Source: Leucoraja ocellata
Taxonomy: Eukaryota
Direction: 5' to 3'
Length of the DNA: 64,000 nt
Assembly (NCBI GenBank): GCA_036785375.1
Contig: JAWMAR010001524.1
Span: 124,001-188,000 of the forward strand
Each line of letters opens with the position of its first letter. Within the stretch, counting starts at the first letter, position 1. A program made the position numbers and the translations under genes. Of this stretch, positions 1 through 12,975 are shown piece after piece. The notes under the pieces are model-generated. The model worked only from the letters and a program-made list of their open reading frames with translations, was not told the origin of the DNA and did not search any database.

Positions 1-68
1 TGTAAATAAAATGTGTTCAAAACCGCAATCAGCAGATAAAATTGAGTTGAGATGCTCCAGTCAGAGGT

Positions 69-290
69 TCACCCTTACCCTGCATGAGGATCTGTCACCT
101 CAGACACTCACACTCCCAGAGGATCTTCTCCTGAGGATCTATTCCCTGTCATCCTTCCCCTGACGTGAGGAACTGTCCCATGTTCTTCCTCATCCTCTCT
201 GAGGAACTGACCCCACCCTCACCCCATCCTCTCCACGATTTATCCTCGCCCCTCCCTGAGGAGCTGTCCCCTTTTCGCCTTCACTCTTCA
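69..290. repeat. Degenerate pyrimidine-rich minisatellite (core TGAGGA[T/A/G]CT)
   Basis: About six recurrences of (T)GAGGAnCT separated by C-rich spacers; explains the P/S/L-rich ORF 165..398. Confidence 0.5.
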
Positions 291-1454
291 CTAAGTACCC
301 CCTGCTGCACAGAGCTGGGCAGTGGAGGAGAGGTAAAGGTGACAACTTGTGCCATCATCTATAGGCTGTTAAAGGCAGCTCAGCATCATGGAAAGTAGCA
401 TCTATGACTTTATTTGTGGTGTTTTGCAATGGTGGTGTACACATGCACCAGATGGTTTGGAGATTTCCCACAGTGATGGATACAGACTTGGCAAACACAA
501 CCCAGGGTTTCCTGAGTTTATGCTTTCATGAATCAGGCATGCTCAGTTGCCTGGTGTTTTGTAGTTGAGGGAACCGTCCTTCCACTGTCCAAGTCTGTGT
601 CCATCAATGTGGGAGCTCTCTGAACCATCTGCCGCACATTACAAAAGGAAGCTCATGCCGTAAACAACCATCTCCTCCCTCCTTAAATACTTGTCCACTC
701 TATGCATTTTATTTTCCCTGCCTCAGATGACTATTAGGCTGACACTGCAAGATGCAAACTTATCTGCTCAGCATCTCTTCAATAATGTTTGGAAGTTTCA
801 GAAGTTTACATGGTTAGACATTATATTCTGCTTCTCCTTCGTTGGCATTTGAAGCTGAATCTGGAAAGTAGCCCAGAGTTGTGTCACAGTTAATGCCATC
901 GTTCAGCATTGGACTGAAGGAAAAGGGATTACTGAGAGTATTGGAGCAGGATGGTGAACAAATGATTCATTCTGCCACGTCCTTTGTGAAGTCAACATTG
1001 AGGTGGACTGTTGGGCCATTTGGTCTTTCATTCTGCCGTGCTGTGTGTGCCATAATTTACAGAGTGCACATTATCTTGATTTTCTTTGGCATTGGGATGA
1101 TAGTGGTCTTATTAAAGCAGGTGGGAACTTCAGAATAGAGTAGGGTGGTTGGAATCTGGAACGTGCTACTGGAGAAGTGCTGGAGGCACTTAAAAGGTAC
1201 CTAAGTGAGCATCTGAATATAAAACACAAACAAGGCTTTGAGTAAGTGGTGGGAAATGGAATTGTAATAAAAAGATGTCTGATGACCATCATAAACACAG
1301 TGGGCTGGAGAGCTTGTTTTCATGCTCTTTTGCCTTAAGAGACACAGGGCAGTTGCTGTTGAATGCAGAGAAATGTGTTGTGATATTCCATGGTAGAATG
1401 AATAAAAACTGGCAATTTAAAAGGGGAACACAGAAGCTTGGGAATTATTCTGTG

Positions 1455-1695
1455 CACTTCATGCAGCTGTATAAAACATTGTTTAGGCTACATTTGGAGT
1501 ATTGTATGCAGATCTGGTTGCTGCATTAAAGGAATGGGCGGGGCTTTGGAGAGGACACAGTTGGACTACACCAGGTGTGGCTTGGATCAGAGAGAATCAG
1601 TTATAAGGAGACTTTGAACAAACTTGGAGTGTTTTCTCTGGAGCATCAGAGACTAAGAGGGAACTTGAAAGAAATATATAAAATTCCAAGGTATA
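1455..1695 (+). mobile_element. CR1 LINE ORF2 3' fragment
   Basis: Translation QLYKTLFRLHLEYCMQIW matches the CR1 LYKxLVRPHLEYCVQFW motif, followed by remnants of 'LFSLE..RLRG'. Confidence 0.8.
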
Positions 1696-1699
1696 ATTA

Positions 1700-1870
1700 A
1701 GGGCCTGTCCCACTGTATGAGGTAATTCAAGAGTTCTCCCGAGTTCCCCCTTTCGAACTCGGAGAATTACGGTAATAGCCGCTCATTTATACTCGGGGCT
1801 CTCGTGGACATTTATATAATAATATATAATATTATAAAATAAATAACGGGAGTTCAAATTTGAACTCTTA
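1700..1870. mobile_element. PIF/Harbinger-type MITE, left portion
   Basis: TTA followed by AGGGCCTGTCCCAC, the same terminus as the elements at 11749 and 43919; no right TIR seen. Confidence 0.55.
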
Positions 1871-2654
1871 AGAAAAAGACAAGTGCTCACACATGTGACC
1901 TTGATGCTATTGAACTCTGGTAAAATCTACTTCAGGGAAGAAGCCCGTTGACCTTAGCTGTATGTAACTTCAGTTCTCCTTAGTGTGAGCAGCTCAATAG
2001 TAAACTTATCACATTGTACTACAGAGATCTGACTGCGGTCTTCTCAAATTACCTAGGGGTGGACAATGATTGGCACACTGGCCAGCAGCACACATACCTT
2101 AAGGCCAAACTTTGAAATAAATGACAAATGGCTTTCCTGACGCAGAGGTGAAAACTCAAGGGCTGTTCACCATCGTTGTATTAGGGGATCTCCGCAACTC
2201 ATTCATCATAGAAACCCAGTGTGCTGTATGTGATCCATCCAACACCTCCTCAAGATTGAAAATGATGATGAAAGATTGTCAATGTAGTCTAATAAAATTC
2301 TTGTAAAAGAGAGCTGGGCGTGAAATAATTAGGACAATGTCAGCAACTGAAGGTTTAATGTTTTGTGGAAATACATTTTGCTGAATATTTGCTTTCAGGC
2401 TGAAGTTGCTTCAGTCACTGTTACCTTCTCTCTTGGTGCAAAGATTGTCCTGGATTTCCCTACCACAGCAGGGTTTATCTTCAGCAGTGTTACTGATCGT
2501 ACATATATCAACCAATAGAGTTTAATGCAAATATATTTCATTGACACATCGAATGATTGCACTGCGATAGTTTTTATTTCTGCAAATAAGTTTGGACAAA
2601 AACTTGAGGGAAATATATGTACAATAAATACAAGTGTGAAAGATACAACTTCTA

Positions 2655-4208
2655 GATGCGCTGGGACGCATCCTCAGTGATGTGACCTGGGGTCATCAGG
2701 TGTTTCGGGTCTCACAACATCAGACACCCTCGCCCAGGCGACCCAGTCGGCGTTGATCAAGCCCCGACTTGTGTCCCAGCAGCAACCGCCCACGGATCAA
2801 CCCTCTTAATCCAAAGCAACCTAGTGGCTTTCTCTGCAGCTTTGCTTGCGGATTGAATGGCCCTCTTCTTTGCCATCCCCGTAATTCCCAACTGGTTGAG
2901 GACTTTGCAGTGTGAGCGTCCTGCAAAGCCTCTACAGCCCACCTCTATGGGCTCATAGTATATCTTCCAGACTCTGTCCTGGCACATCCCCACCAGTTCC
3001 TGGTACTTTGCGTGTTTCCTCTCATTAGCCTCTTCAATATGCTCTTCCCAGGGAACTGTCAACTCCAGAATGATCAGCTGTTTTGTCACTTCGGAGGTGA
3101 TGATCATGTCTGGCCGGAGTGATGTTGCTGTGATGTGCTGTGGAAATTTCAGCTGTTTTCCCAGATCGACGTGCAGCTGCCAGTCAGTGGCTGTGTAGAG
3201 GAGGCTCGTCCTTGTTTTTGGTTGTGGTCGGGGCTTCTCTCCATCTTTGACAAAAGTGATTGATTTCTTTGGGGCATGGTGGTGTTTGCTGTTACCGATG
3301 GCAGTGGCTATGCTCTCAGCAACCACCTTGAGCACCTGGTCATGGTGCCACCGATAGCGACCTTCCCCAAGAGACTTTGGGCAATGTTGAGGAGATGTTC
3401 TAATGATCCTCTTCCAGGGCAAAGTGGGCAGGAAGGTGTCTCGCTCTTGCCCCAGATGTGGAGGTTTGCTGGGCTTGATAAGGCATCGTAGACAGCTTGG
3501 ACAAGGAACTGGATGCGCTGGAAGTCTGTCTGCATGATGTTTGCCCAGGTAATCCTGCGCTGCGGTGTGCTCTGCCACATTGTCCACGCTCCCTGCTGCC
3601 TGAGCCCCACCGTCCTTCCTCCACACCTGCTTGGACCTCTTCCTGGATTATATGTTGTCTCTCCTTGCCCTGGGCCTTGCCAACCGGTGTCTTAGGGAAG
3701 TATCCTAAATCCGCTCTGCCAGCTGCCGTGACTTCCACCAATGCCTTTTGCCTTAGGCGTGACTCTGCCACCTCCACTACTTTCTCCGCCCTCCATTTCC
3801 TCCCTGTTTTCACCTCGATGCCAGCCGATGACACATTCTGGTCACTGGAGTCCCTGTACTGCAGAGCTTCTCTTGTTCGCGCCACCATAAACTCTTCTGT
3901 GAGGCCTCTCACTGAATGGGAGCTGCAAGATGTTACTGGTCCCATACAGTGCAGCACTGTTGAGGCTGCGGTGAAGGCCAAGCCACCTGCGGAGAAAGCC
4001 GCTGATCTTCCCTTTGAGGGACTCAACTGTGGTCAATGGAACAGCGTAAACCAGCAGAGGCCACAGGACTCGAGGCAGGATGGAATGCTGATAGATCCAG
4101 GCCTTGAATCTGCCAGGCAGACCTGACTTGTCGACTTTGGTGAGCCAGGCTTCAAGGTCTTCCATGGACTTTTGGATGGCGACAGAGTCTTTCACAGTTG
4201 CGTCAAAA
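2655..4208 (-). mobile_element. 5'-truncated HERO-type (RLE-clade) non-LTR retrotransposon, frameshifted
   Basis: Overlapping ORFs: late RT (KSGLPGRFKAWIYQHSILPRVLWPLL), zinc knuckle (CPLCPGRGSLEHLL), YRWHHDQVL (RHD-like), LRPDMII and IILELTVPWEE (PD-(D/E)xK restriction-like endonuclease), EVGCRGF. Confidence 0.9.
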
Positions 4209-4432
4209 AGTACAGTAGGAAATCATCTTTCTTCTAACTTAGAGAAGCAACAATCTGTGTTCTCTTTCAATGAGAGTTGGGAATAAGATATTGAAAATAA
4301 CAACACTGCAGACACTGGACATCTGAAGTAAAACAGAAAACAATGGAGATATTCGGCAGATCGTAGAGCAGCTGTGGAAAGAGAGACAGTTAATGTCCCA
4401 GGTTGAAGATCCTTCTTCAGAACTAGGAAAGG

Positions 4433-4577
4433 TCATGTCATAAGTGATAGGAGTAGATTCAGGCCGTTTGACCCATCAAGTCTACTCCGCCATTGAATCA
4501 TGGCTGACCTACCTGTCCCTCCTAACTCTATTCTCCTGCCTTCTCCCCATAACCTCTGACATCTGTACTAATCAAGA
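4433..4577 (-). mobile_element. CR1/HER1 LINE 3' tail
   Basis: Resembles the tail of the 28906-29503 copy (ggccatt..gcccat..gccattcaatcatggctga). Confidence 0.7.
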
Positions 4578-5981
4578 AAGAGGATAAAATAGTTAGACGT
4601 TGCAGAGAAAGTGGTGTTTCATGGACAGAAAGAAGGAAAATCTCAGATCAGGTGAACCAATGGTTGCTAAGAGATTAACTAGAGTAGTTAGGGAGGGAGA
4701 AAACAAGGGAGCATTTAAAACCTGTAAATATTGTTGAGAGCAATGTAAGGCGACATCTCAGAATCACTACACTCAGCAGAGTTAACCGGGAATGGAAGAG
4801 GTAGATGCATTCTTACAGGAAAGCCAAAGATTTAGTTCTTGTTGCCGTGGGCATTGAAGTAATTCAGAGCAACTGTTGGATAAAGCATTTATATCAGGCA
4901 TTCGGATAGCAGGCATATTAAATTTATTGTTTTTATGATGATTTAAAAATAATGTTACAGAGGTAAGACAACATTCAGGCATACATAATCTTAATATATT
5001 TCTCTATGAAATAAATCTGTGATTCATATTGTGTCATTAATTTGAAGAAAGATTGCTCACCCTGTACTATTTTACAAAACCTGGACATTGAGTCAGAGTA
5101 ATCTGATCGGCGTGTATCAGAGATCCAGTTTTGATTGCGTGCATTCACATCTGTTTTTTGTGTGGGTGTCTGGTTATACTTATACATGTGTTCAATCGGT
5201 ACCCACAGGTAGGCAAGAGCAGAATGGTGTTGGCATGAGCCCCACTGAAACTGCTTTGCCTGCCTGGTTATAAGATAAAGAACATCTCAAGCTGGCCTAG
5301 AAAGAGGGAGGTGGAGAATGTAGCGTAGAACCAACAACCAACTCAGGGTAGGGAGAAACTAAATGAAAGAACACAGCCTCAAGGATTATATTCTCTGGAT
5401 TCTCACTGGTGCCACCTGCAATTGATGTGAAGGTAAACAGGTTAGAGGTAAACCCATGGCGGAAGGGATTACATTTCCTGGGTTATGGCACCAGTATGGA
5501 ACAAGAAGGGAACGTGCCAGTTAGGTGGGCTACACCTAAAGTGAGTAGAAAGAGGGTTCCTGGCAGAGGGTAGTAACATGAAAGCCGAATAAATAGGTGG
5601 GGGAGTGCCTGTGGAGGGAGAGAGTAAAATGAGTAATATTCTAATGCTAGTTGAGGGAGAAATTGGCAGTGGTGCTTCAGGCACTGCTGACAAAAGGAAA
5701 ACTAAAGAATTAAGTTAATTCAACTGGCTGAGAGGAATGGAAGTTGTGAGAGAAACACTCTCTCACAATGCCAGCCCCCCCCCCCCCCCCACCCCCCCAA
5801 TGGCAATAGTGTGCTCCAAATTGTCGTCTTTCTGTCCCTATAGACTAGGCATAACGTGGGCACCAGTAACCTACTCTTATGTAATAGAACAATCTGGTCC
5901 TCATCAAGTTCACCAGATGGACTGCACAGTGATTCCAAGTTGCCACTGCCAACTCCAGACCTAGGACTTCAATCCTGACCT

Positions 5982-6131
5982 AAGATAGACACAAATAACT
6001 GGAGTAACAGAGGGACAGGAGAAGGGTCTCGAGACGTCACCCATTCCTTCTCTCCAGAGATGCTGTCTGTCCTGCTGAGTTACTCCAGCTTTTTGTGTCT
6101 ATCTATGGTTTAAACCAGCATCTTCCTACAT
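5982..6131. repeat. Penelope pLTR-derived palindromic repeat (centre deleted)
   Basis: AGATAGACACAAA..CTGGAGTAAC ... GTTACTCCAGCTTTTTGTGTCTATCT inverted arms; same family as 12118-12309. Confidence 0.75.
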
Positions 6132-6439
6132 AGTCAATCCTGAGCTCTTGTGCTATCTCCGTGGAGTTTGCACGTTATCCTTGTGACTGCGTGGATTTGC
6201 TCCCAGTACTCCAGTTTCTTTACACATGTCTAAGACATATTGATTGATAAGTTAATTCTCATTGTGTAGATCGAGTTGATTGGCATGTGAGAGAGAAAAG
6301 GTTACAGGGAAAATAAGTGGGTGAATGAGTTTGATGAGATTGCTCTAAAACACAGCATAGACTCAAAGGGCTGAGCAGCATTCTTCAGAACAAATGAGAA
6401 ATATTGATTGATTCCTGAACTGGCAGGTTTGTCATGAGG

Positions 6440-6790
6440 AAACATTAAACAGATATAGTCTCTTGCGTTCAGAAGAATGAGAAGCGATCGCAAAGAAGCG
6501 TACAGCTTATCGTGGTTGATGTAGGAAGGATATCTTCTCTGGCTGGGCTGTCAAGAATTAGGGGTCACATGGAAGGCATTTCACGACTGAGATGAGAAGA
6601 AATGTCTTCACCCAGAGAGCAGGAAGTCATTTGAATTCTATACCAAAAGAACAGTGGAGGCTTAGTCATTAACAGAATTCAAGACGATCACAGGATTTTT
6701 GGACATTAATTGAATCAAGAGAAATGTGATTAGTGCAGGAACGTGATGTAGATGTAAAAGAGTAGATGTGATTTTATAGAGTCGTGAATA
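6440..6790 (+). mobile_element. Old CR1 3' fragment
   Basis: gactgagatgagaagaaatgtcttcacccagaga corresponds to the CR1 'TEMRxxFFTQR' motif. Confidence 0.65.
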
Positions 6791-9339
6791 GTTCACTGCT
6801 GTTTCGATTTGTCCTAACGTTCTAACTGCACCAAACTAACTCAACACTGATGACTTCTGTGGAAATGGAACCTCGCACCTGGTACCTACAAGAATATTCA
6901 CATTTTCCTGGAAATAACATGGCCCTGTATGAGGTCCTGTGAGAAGCACTCACCTCAGGTTTCCTTGACAACTCTCTGCGGTTCCCCAGGCAGGTCTGGC
7001 CGCGTTGCCAAGCATCCAAATATTTTATCTTTCATCATTTTATGTCTCTCCGAGTGAAATACACGGGTTTAAATTATCCCATTCAAACCACCACAATTTC
7101 GGTATCTGAGCAAGAGTGTTACAGTGCGGACTACAATGACCATGTAGCTCCATCCTCCCCCTCCCCTCCTCCTCCTCCTGCACAGGGTAAGGACCTGACC
7201 AAGTGGTATGGTGCTATCTCCTTGAACTCTGCAATGATCTGGACAAAAAGAAGAGAATGGTAATGATGAGCACTTGGTAAGCTAAACAAATTGTTCACTC
7301 AATGAGAAAAGCAAACATGCTAAATGTTCAATAGGTACTCTGTGCCTTATATTTGTATCAGATACACATTCCAGCAGGGGGTGGCCTCTGCTGCCCCTAA
7401 AGCCTATAAGCAGTCTGATCCTCTCCATCAGCCTGGTAAACCTCTGTAAAGGCCGTGCCAAGGTAATGAACCAGTTCCAGTTTTACAGGCATAAGTCGAT
7501 TTTGTCCATGTCAGAAAATATACAAAAATGATTTGATATGATGACCACAACATTGTAACGAATGGCATCAAAAGCTGATAACATTGAAAAGAAAGAATAT
7601 ATTTACTAAAAAATGAAACTTGTTATGATTGGAATGAATGTGAGTATATACAGTAGGTCAAACCTTTGAGTTTAATAATACTATGGAACTCGTCTGTATG
7701 TAAGGGTGTCCATAAGTTGGGTGTTCGGAACCCGGGGATAGCCTGTAATAAGAACAGTCCCTTTCCCATTTGTTGCAAGCAACTTTAGTCTGGATTGCGG
7801 GGGTGTTATTCAATTTTCAAGATTTGGTTTCACAGACAGGGCCACCATTTATTGTTCATTCCCAATTTCCTCTGATAATATGTTAGTGAGTTATCTTCAA
7901 CTGCTACAGTATTTCTGCTGAATTCCTCCTGCAGCACTATTGAATGAGGTCAAATCTCTCCTACACTTCAGTGAGCAAGTTGACGATAACTTGGAGCTGG
8001 GCCCCGAATCATGCTCTCATGCAACTACCTTCTGCACACTGAAGCTTGATGACTTTGGTCCTGGACCAGAGGCATCTGAATATTTACCACTCATTCTGTA
8101 GCTTTGCTCCACTCCTGCAGAAAGTTTGTTGGAGCAGAGGTGGTACTGGCAATGTCACGAGGAAGATTGTGTGAAGTGTTGACATCGGCAAATTCGCGTA
8201 GCTTAGTTGGTGTGCATATTAGAAATCAGAAGATTGAATGCACGGTACAAAAGGTGTTGTGGGTGAAAGGTTTCCAAGTTCATTGGGCACTGGCATCTGT
8301 ACTGGGAAGGAGAGAGTTGTGCAGATTGGAAGAGTTCCATTTATCCAGGATAGAACCAATGCCCTGGCAAATTAAATATCTGGGGATTTACATATCTTCT
8401 GTCATGTTTGCTCCCCATCAAAAGTATGTACATGTGGTGCTGTCTCAAGAAGGCAGCATCGATCATCAAGAATCACCACCCACCATCCAGGCCATGCCAT
8501 CTTCTCACTACTACCATTGGACAGGAGGTACTGAAGCCTGAAGACCCATACCAGCAAGTGCACAAACATCTATGTCCTTCAACCATCAGGTTCTTCAATG
8601 AATCTGCACAACCCTAATTCAATGTCGACAACGGAACACTGCAGACCATCTTTGGCACTACCATGGACTTTATTTATCTCCTAATCATGTCTATTTCTTT
8701 TTGATACTGCTGCATGCAGCTTTTCAGTGAACCTATACCTCACTGTGGTACATATTATAATAAACTCGACTTGACTTGTGTAGAATCCCATTACCCCTGG
8801 AGCAATTCCTCTCTCTGCCAGTCCCTTTGTGAGCTGGTGTGTTGCAGCTACCCCGTGTCAAAATACAATGAGGCAACATCTATCCTGAGAACTCGAGTGG
8901 AACAAGTCACCTTCGACCTCACAGTAAGCCACAGGAAGATGAAAAAACTAATGAAAGGAACCTTTAGAAAAGGCAAAGGCGAGATATGTTTACTTTATTC
9001 AAGCTGGGGAGCAACTTCAGGAATGACAACCAGGGTGAGATATGAAAGGAGAGTTTAATAATGATGGTGAACAGTGAGCAAAGTCAATTCAAGGGAAAAT
9101 GGTTAAAAAGCTAACATTAAAAGTATTGAATTTGAATGCATGAAGCAATCACAATGCAATAGGTAAACTAATGGCACAAATAAAGACAAATTGATATGAC
9201 CCAAGACTGCTGTAGAAATGTGGTTACAAAGTGAGCAAGGGCAGTACAGAATATTCCATGATATTCACAAAAAGCTGGAGTAACTCAGAGGGACTGGCAG
9301 CATCTCTGGAGAGAAGGAATGGGTGACGTTTTGGGTCCA

Positions 9340-9745
9340 TATTCCTCTGTTCCTTGCACTTCCAAGTGCCTATCTAAAAGCTTCTTAAATGCTACTATCG
9401 TATCTGGGTCCACCACCCCCCTGGCAATGTATTCCAGGCCCCATCATCCTCTGTGTAAAAAGACTTGCCAGGCACATCTCCATTAAATGTTTCCCTCTCA
9501 CTCTATAGCTATGCCCTCAAGTGTTGGCCATTTATACCCTGGATAAAAGGTTCTGACTAACTACCCTATCAACGACTCTCATCATTTTATATACTTCTAT
9601 CGTCTCTCCTCAACCTTTGATGTTCCAGAGAAAGCAAACCAAGTCTATCCTACCTCTCCCAGTAGTTGACACCCTCTCATTTTTCACCAGCCTTCACATC
9701 TTTCCTGTAATGGGATGACGAGAACTGCATGCAATACTCCAAATA
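9340..9745 (-). mobile_element. CR1 3' fragment
   Basis: Reverse-strand LEYCMQF (gaactgcatgcaatactccaa) and CR1 3' sequence; preceded by a Penelope repeat at about 9265-9338. Confidence 0.7.
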
Positions 9746-10721
9746 CACAACACGAAAACACAGAGGTTTAGGTATTAGAGGGCTGCATACAGTGAAGTTC
9801 TGCATTTGCCTCAGTAGTGGACGCCTTGTTTTCTATAAATAATTTGGACTTAGGTGAAGAGAAAGTCCTGACGACACAAAGTGCTGGAGTAATTCAATGG
9901 GTCAAGCAACATCTCTGGAGAACATGAATAGGTGATATTTTAGGTTGGGAACCTTCTTTGGACCGTTTTAGGGACCATCCCAGAAATATGTATTAGGGAC
10001 CAACCCGGTGAGGTATGCAGAGGCATGGGGTGTGATTAAGTTTGGAATTAATATCTTACCACTGTCTTCACGAAGAGGGTCCTGATACCAATGGTGTCAA
10101 TAAGGCAAATGAGTGTGAACAGTTGGATGGGATAAACATTGTAAAAGGGGAAGTGCTAAGCAGTTTATCATTCCTTTGGATGTGGATAAAAGCACCAGGT
10201 TAGGTGTTATGTAATCCGAGCTGTTAAAAGAAACAATGAAGGAAATTGCAGAAGTAATGAGCACAATTTTCCAATCCGTTCTGGCTGAGTGGAAGGTGAC
10301 TTAGGGTTGGAGATCTGATACTCATTTAACCATTGACTAAATAAGACATTAGGGAAAATCAATGAATTGCAGACCACTGTAATGAAAGGTTATCCACCTG
10401 AAACGTTAACACTGTTTCTCACTGTACAGATGCTGCCTGACATGGTCAGTGGCTCCAGCGTGTTCTGTTTTTTTCAGAATTTCAGCATTTGCAGTTTATT
10501 GATTATTTTTTTCATTAGTCCAGTTAGTTTAACTTCTAAGTTTGGCACGTTAATGGAAACAATACTAAGAACGGGTGGGCGGAGGTAACAATGTTGTTTA
10601 GATAGCATGCAAAACATTGAACAGTACAGCAAAGGAACAGGCCCTTTGGCCCACAATATATGTGCTGACCATGATGCCAATTTAAATAATTCCCATCTAC
10701 CCTACATTCCCTGCCTGTTCA

Positions 10722-10722
<1 letters not shown>

Positions 10723-10800
<78 letters not shown>
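10723..10800. repeat. (ATCT)n microsatellite
   Basis: About 19 perfect tetranucleotide units. Confidence 0.97.
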
Positions 10801-11466
10801 ACATTTATACATAACTAAAACTCTGATCTTGTGCTCTTCCGGATTGCGTGGTTTTTCTATTTGCGCAAAAACGGTACACGATAGCGCTACAATTTTTCGC
10901 CACCTTACTCAACATTCTCCTGAGCTCAAGTACAACAAGTTTTATTCCGATCAATGGTATAGTTTAAAAGTTATTAAGGTTTAAAAATCTTTAAAATCGC
11001 ACATGCGTAGATTGGTCTCCTCTCCTGTCAGTCACCCGGGATGGCAACGCCCAGGCCGGGACGGCGATGCCCCTTCCCGCGCAACATCGCCGCACTGATT
11101 GGCAGGGTCCTCTGTCACTCACCGGGGGGGGAGAATTGAAGGAGCGGAGCGAACAAAGTTAGTGCATCACCGCTGGCTGGAGCTGGGGGAGGAGGGGGAA
11201 TAGAGGGAGTGGCAGGGGGAGTGGGGGAGGTAGGTAATGGGGAATAGAGGGCAAGGGAAGCAGTGGGGGAGGTCAGGAGTGATAGTGGGGAGGATAGGGG
11301 GAGGTGAGGAGTGGGGGAGGTGGTGGGTAAAGGAATAGGAGGGGGGTAGGGAGGGGAGATGAGCTACAGAGGGAGGGAGTGATGGAATATTGCATTGGGG
11401 AACGGGTTGCATTGGGGGACCAGGCCTCCCGTGTGACAGGGACCCAATAGGTCCCACTTAGTTTCG
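10795..11466 (+). mobile_element. Probable non-autonomous Helitron
   Basis: 5' A|TCTATAC..ATAACTAAAACTC start; 3' hairpin GGGACC-caata-GGTCCC (11439-11455) about 11 nt before a degenerate CTRR end; no TSD; interrupts a CR1 3' segment. Confidence 0.6.
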
Positions 11467-11748
11467 TGCCTCTTAAATGTTGCTATGATATCTGCATCCA
11501 CCACCTCCCCAGCGCATTCCAAGCACCGGTTTGAAATACTTGCTCCACAGATTGCCTTTATACTTTCCCCCTCACAACTTAAATCTATGCTTTCTAGTAT
11601 TTCCCATCTCCACCCTGGGAAAAGATCTCTGACTTTTTATCCTAGTTTATGTCTCTCTTAATTTTATACATGTCCATCAGTTCGCTCCTCAGCCTCTAAT
11701 GCTCCAGAGAAAACAATCAAAGATTGACCTACATCGAATGAAAGCTTA

Positions 11749-12438
11749 AGGCCCTGTCCCACTTACGTGTCCTTGGCATGCAAATTATGCGACCTCGTCA
11801 TCGCGTTGAGGCGCACGGGCGCCGTGTGGCCGCGCGGGGCCAGTCCCACTGAGAAGCGCGGAGGGGTATGGAGTTGTGCATGATATCGCGCGGCGCTCCG
11901 GGATTTTGTACCGAATGAAATCTTCGCGTGCCACCAGCTTGTCGCGTAACTGATGGCCTAAGTGGGACAGGCCCAAGACCCTGGCATGATGCAACGTCTC
12001 ACCTCCAACGGCAGCAGAAGCAGGCAAACGATTGTCGAACTCGGCCTGGGGCTCAAGGCCGTTGCGGATCCGGATCCGCCCCCACTTCTACTCCCAGAGC
12101 GGGGCCAAGAAAATTGAGGATAGACACAAAATGCAGGAGTAACTCAGCGGGACTGGCAGCATCTCTGGAGAGAAGGAATGGATGACATTTCGGGTCAAGG
12201 CCCTTATTTCAGACTGAAGAAGGGTCTCGACCCAAAACATCACCCATTCCTTCTCTCCATAGATGCTGCCGGTCCCGCTGAATTACTCCAGCATTTTGTG
12301 TCCATCTTCAAATGACGTCACGGGCTCCAGACGGCTGTGCGGGCGCACGAAGACGTGTGCGACTCTCGCGGGACCGTCGCGCCTCAACGCGACTGCGAGG
12401 TCGCGTAATTAGCGTGCCAAGGACACGTAAGTGGGACA
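11749..12438. mobile_element. PIF/Harbinger-type MITE with long TIRs
   Basis: Left TGTCCCACTTACGTGTCCTTGGCATGCAAATTATGCGACCTCG is the inverse of right CGAGGTCGCGTAATTAGCGTGCCAAGGACACGTAAGTGGGACA; TTA upstream; extreme right tip lost; CpG-rich. Confidence 0.8.
12118..12309. repeat. Penelope pLTR-derived palindrome with two degenerate hammerhead cores
   Basis: About 95-bp arms meeting at TTCAG-A-CTGAA; CTGAAGA-AGGGTCTCGACCC-AAAAC on + and a mutated copy on -. Confidence 0.8.
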
Positions 12439-12439
12439 T

Positions 12440-12975
12440 ACGCTCTAATCCAGGCACAAATTGGTGAACCTCTTCTCCACTCTCTCTAGAGCCGTCAAAC
12501 CCTTCCTGTAATGTGGCGACCAGAATGGCACCACAATACTCCAAACATGGCCTAACCAAAGTTTTGTACGGCTGCAAAATAACTTGCCAATGTTCATACT
12601 CAATGTCCTTAATCAGTGTCAGCAAGTATGCTATATGCCGTCATTATGATCCTGTCTAGTTGTATTGACATTTTCACAGAGCTGTGGATTTGTGCCCTTA
12701 TTTCATTTTGTACATCAATGCTCCTAAGAATGCTTCCATTTACTGAATACTTTCCTCTTCCATTTGACCTACCAAAGTCCAACACCCACACTGCCCAGAT
12801 TAAACATCCTCGGGCATTGCTCTGCCCGTATTTCCATCTGTATTTATGCTGCTATATCCTTTGCAACCTTTCTCACCATCCACAACTCCACAATGATTTT
12901 GTGTCATCTGCAAACTTACTAATCAGCCCACATACATATGCGTCCAAATCGTTTACATATATCACAAAGCATCAG
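12440..12975 (-). mobile_element. CR1 LINE RT/3' fragment
   Basis: PYKTLVRPCLEYC in ORF 12308..12625(-); gtgtcatctgcaaactt is reverse KFADDT; continues the CR1 interrupted by the Helitron and MITE. Confidence 0.85.

Noticed and set aside
3497-4126. 209-aa plus-strand ORF
   Set aside because: Antisense shadow of the HERO coding region
6867-6890. CTGATGA...GAAA hammerhead-like core
   Set aside because: No convincing stem II, stem I or cleavage triplet
10607-10984. ORF with IYLS repeats
   Set aside because: Translation of the (ATCT)n microsatellite
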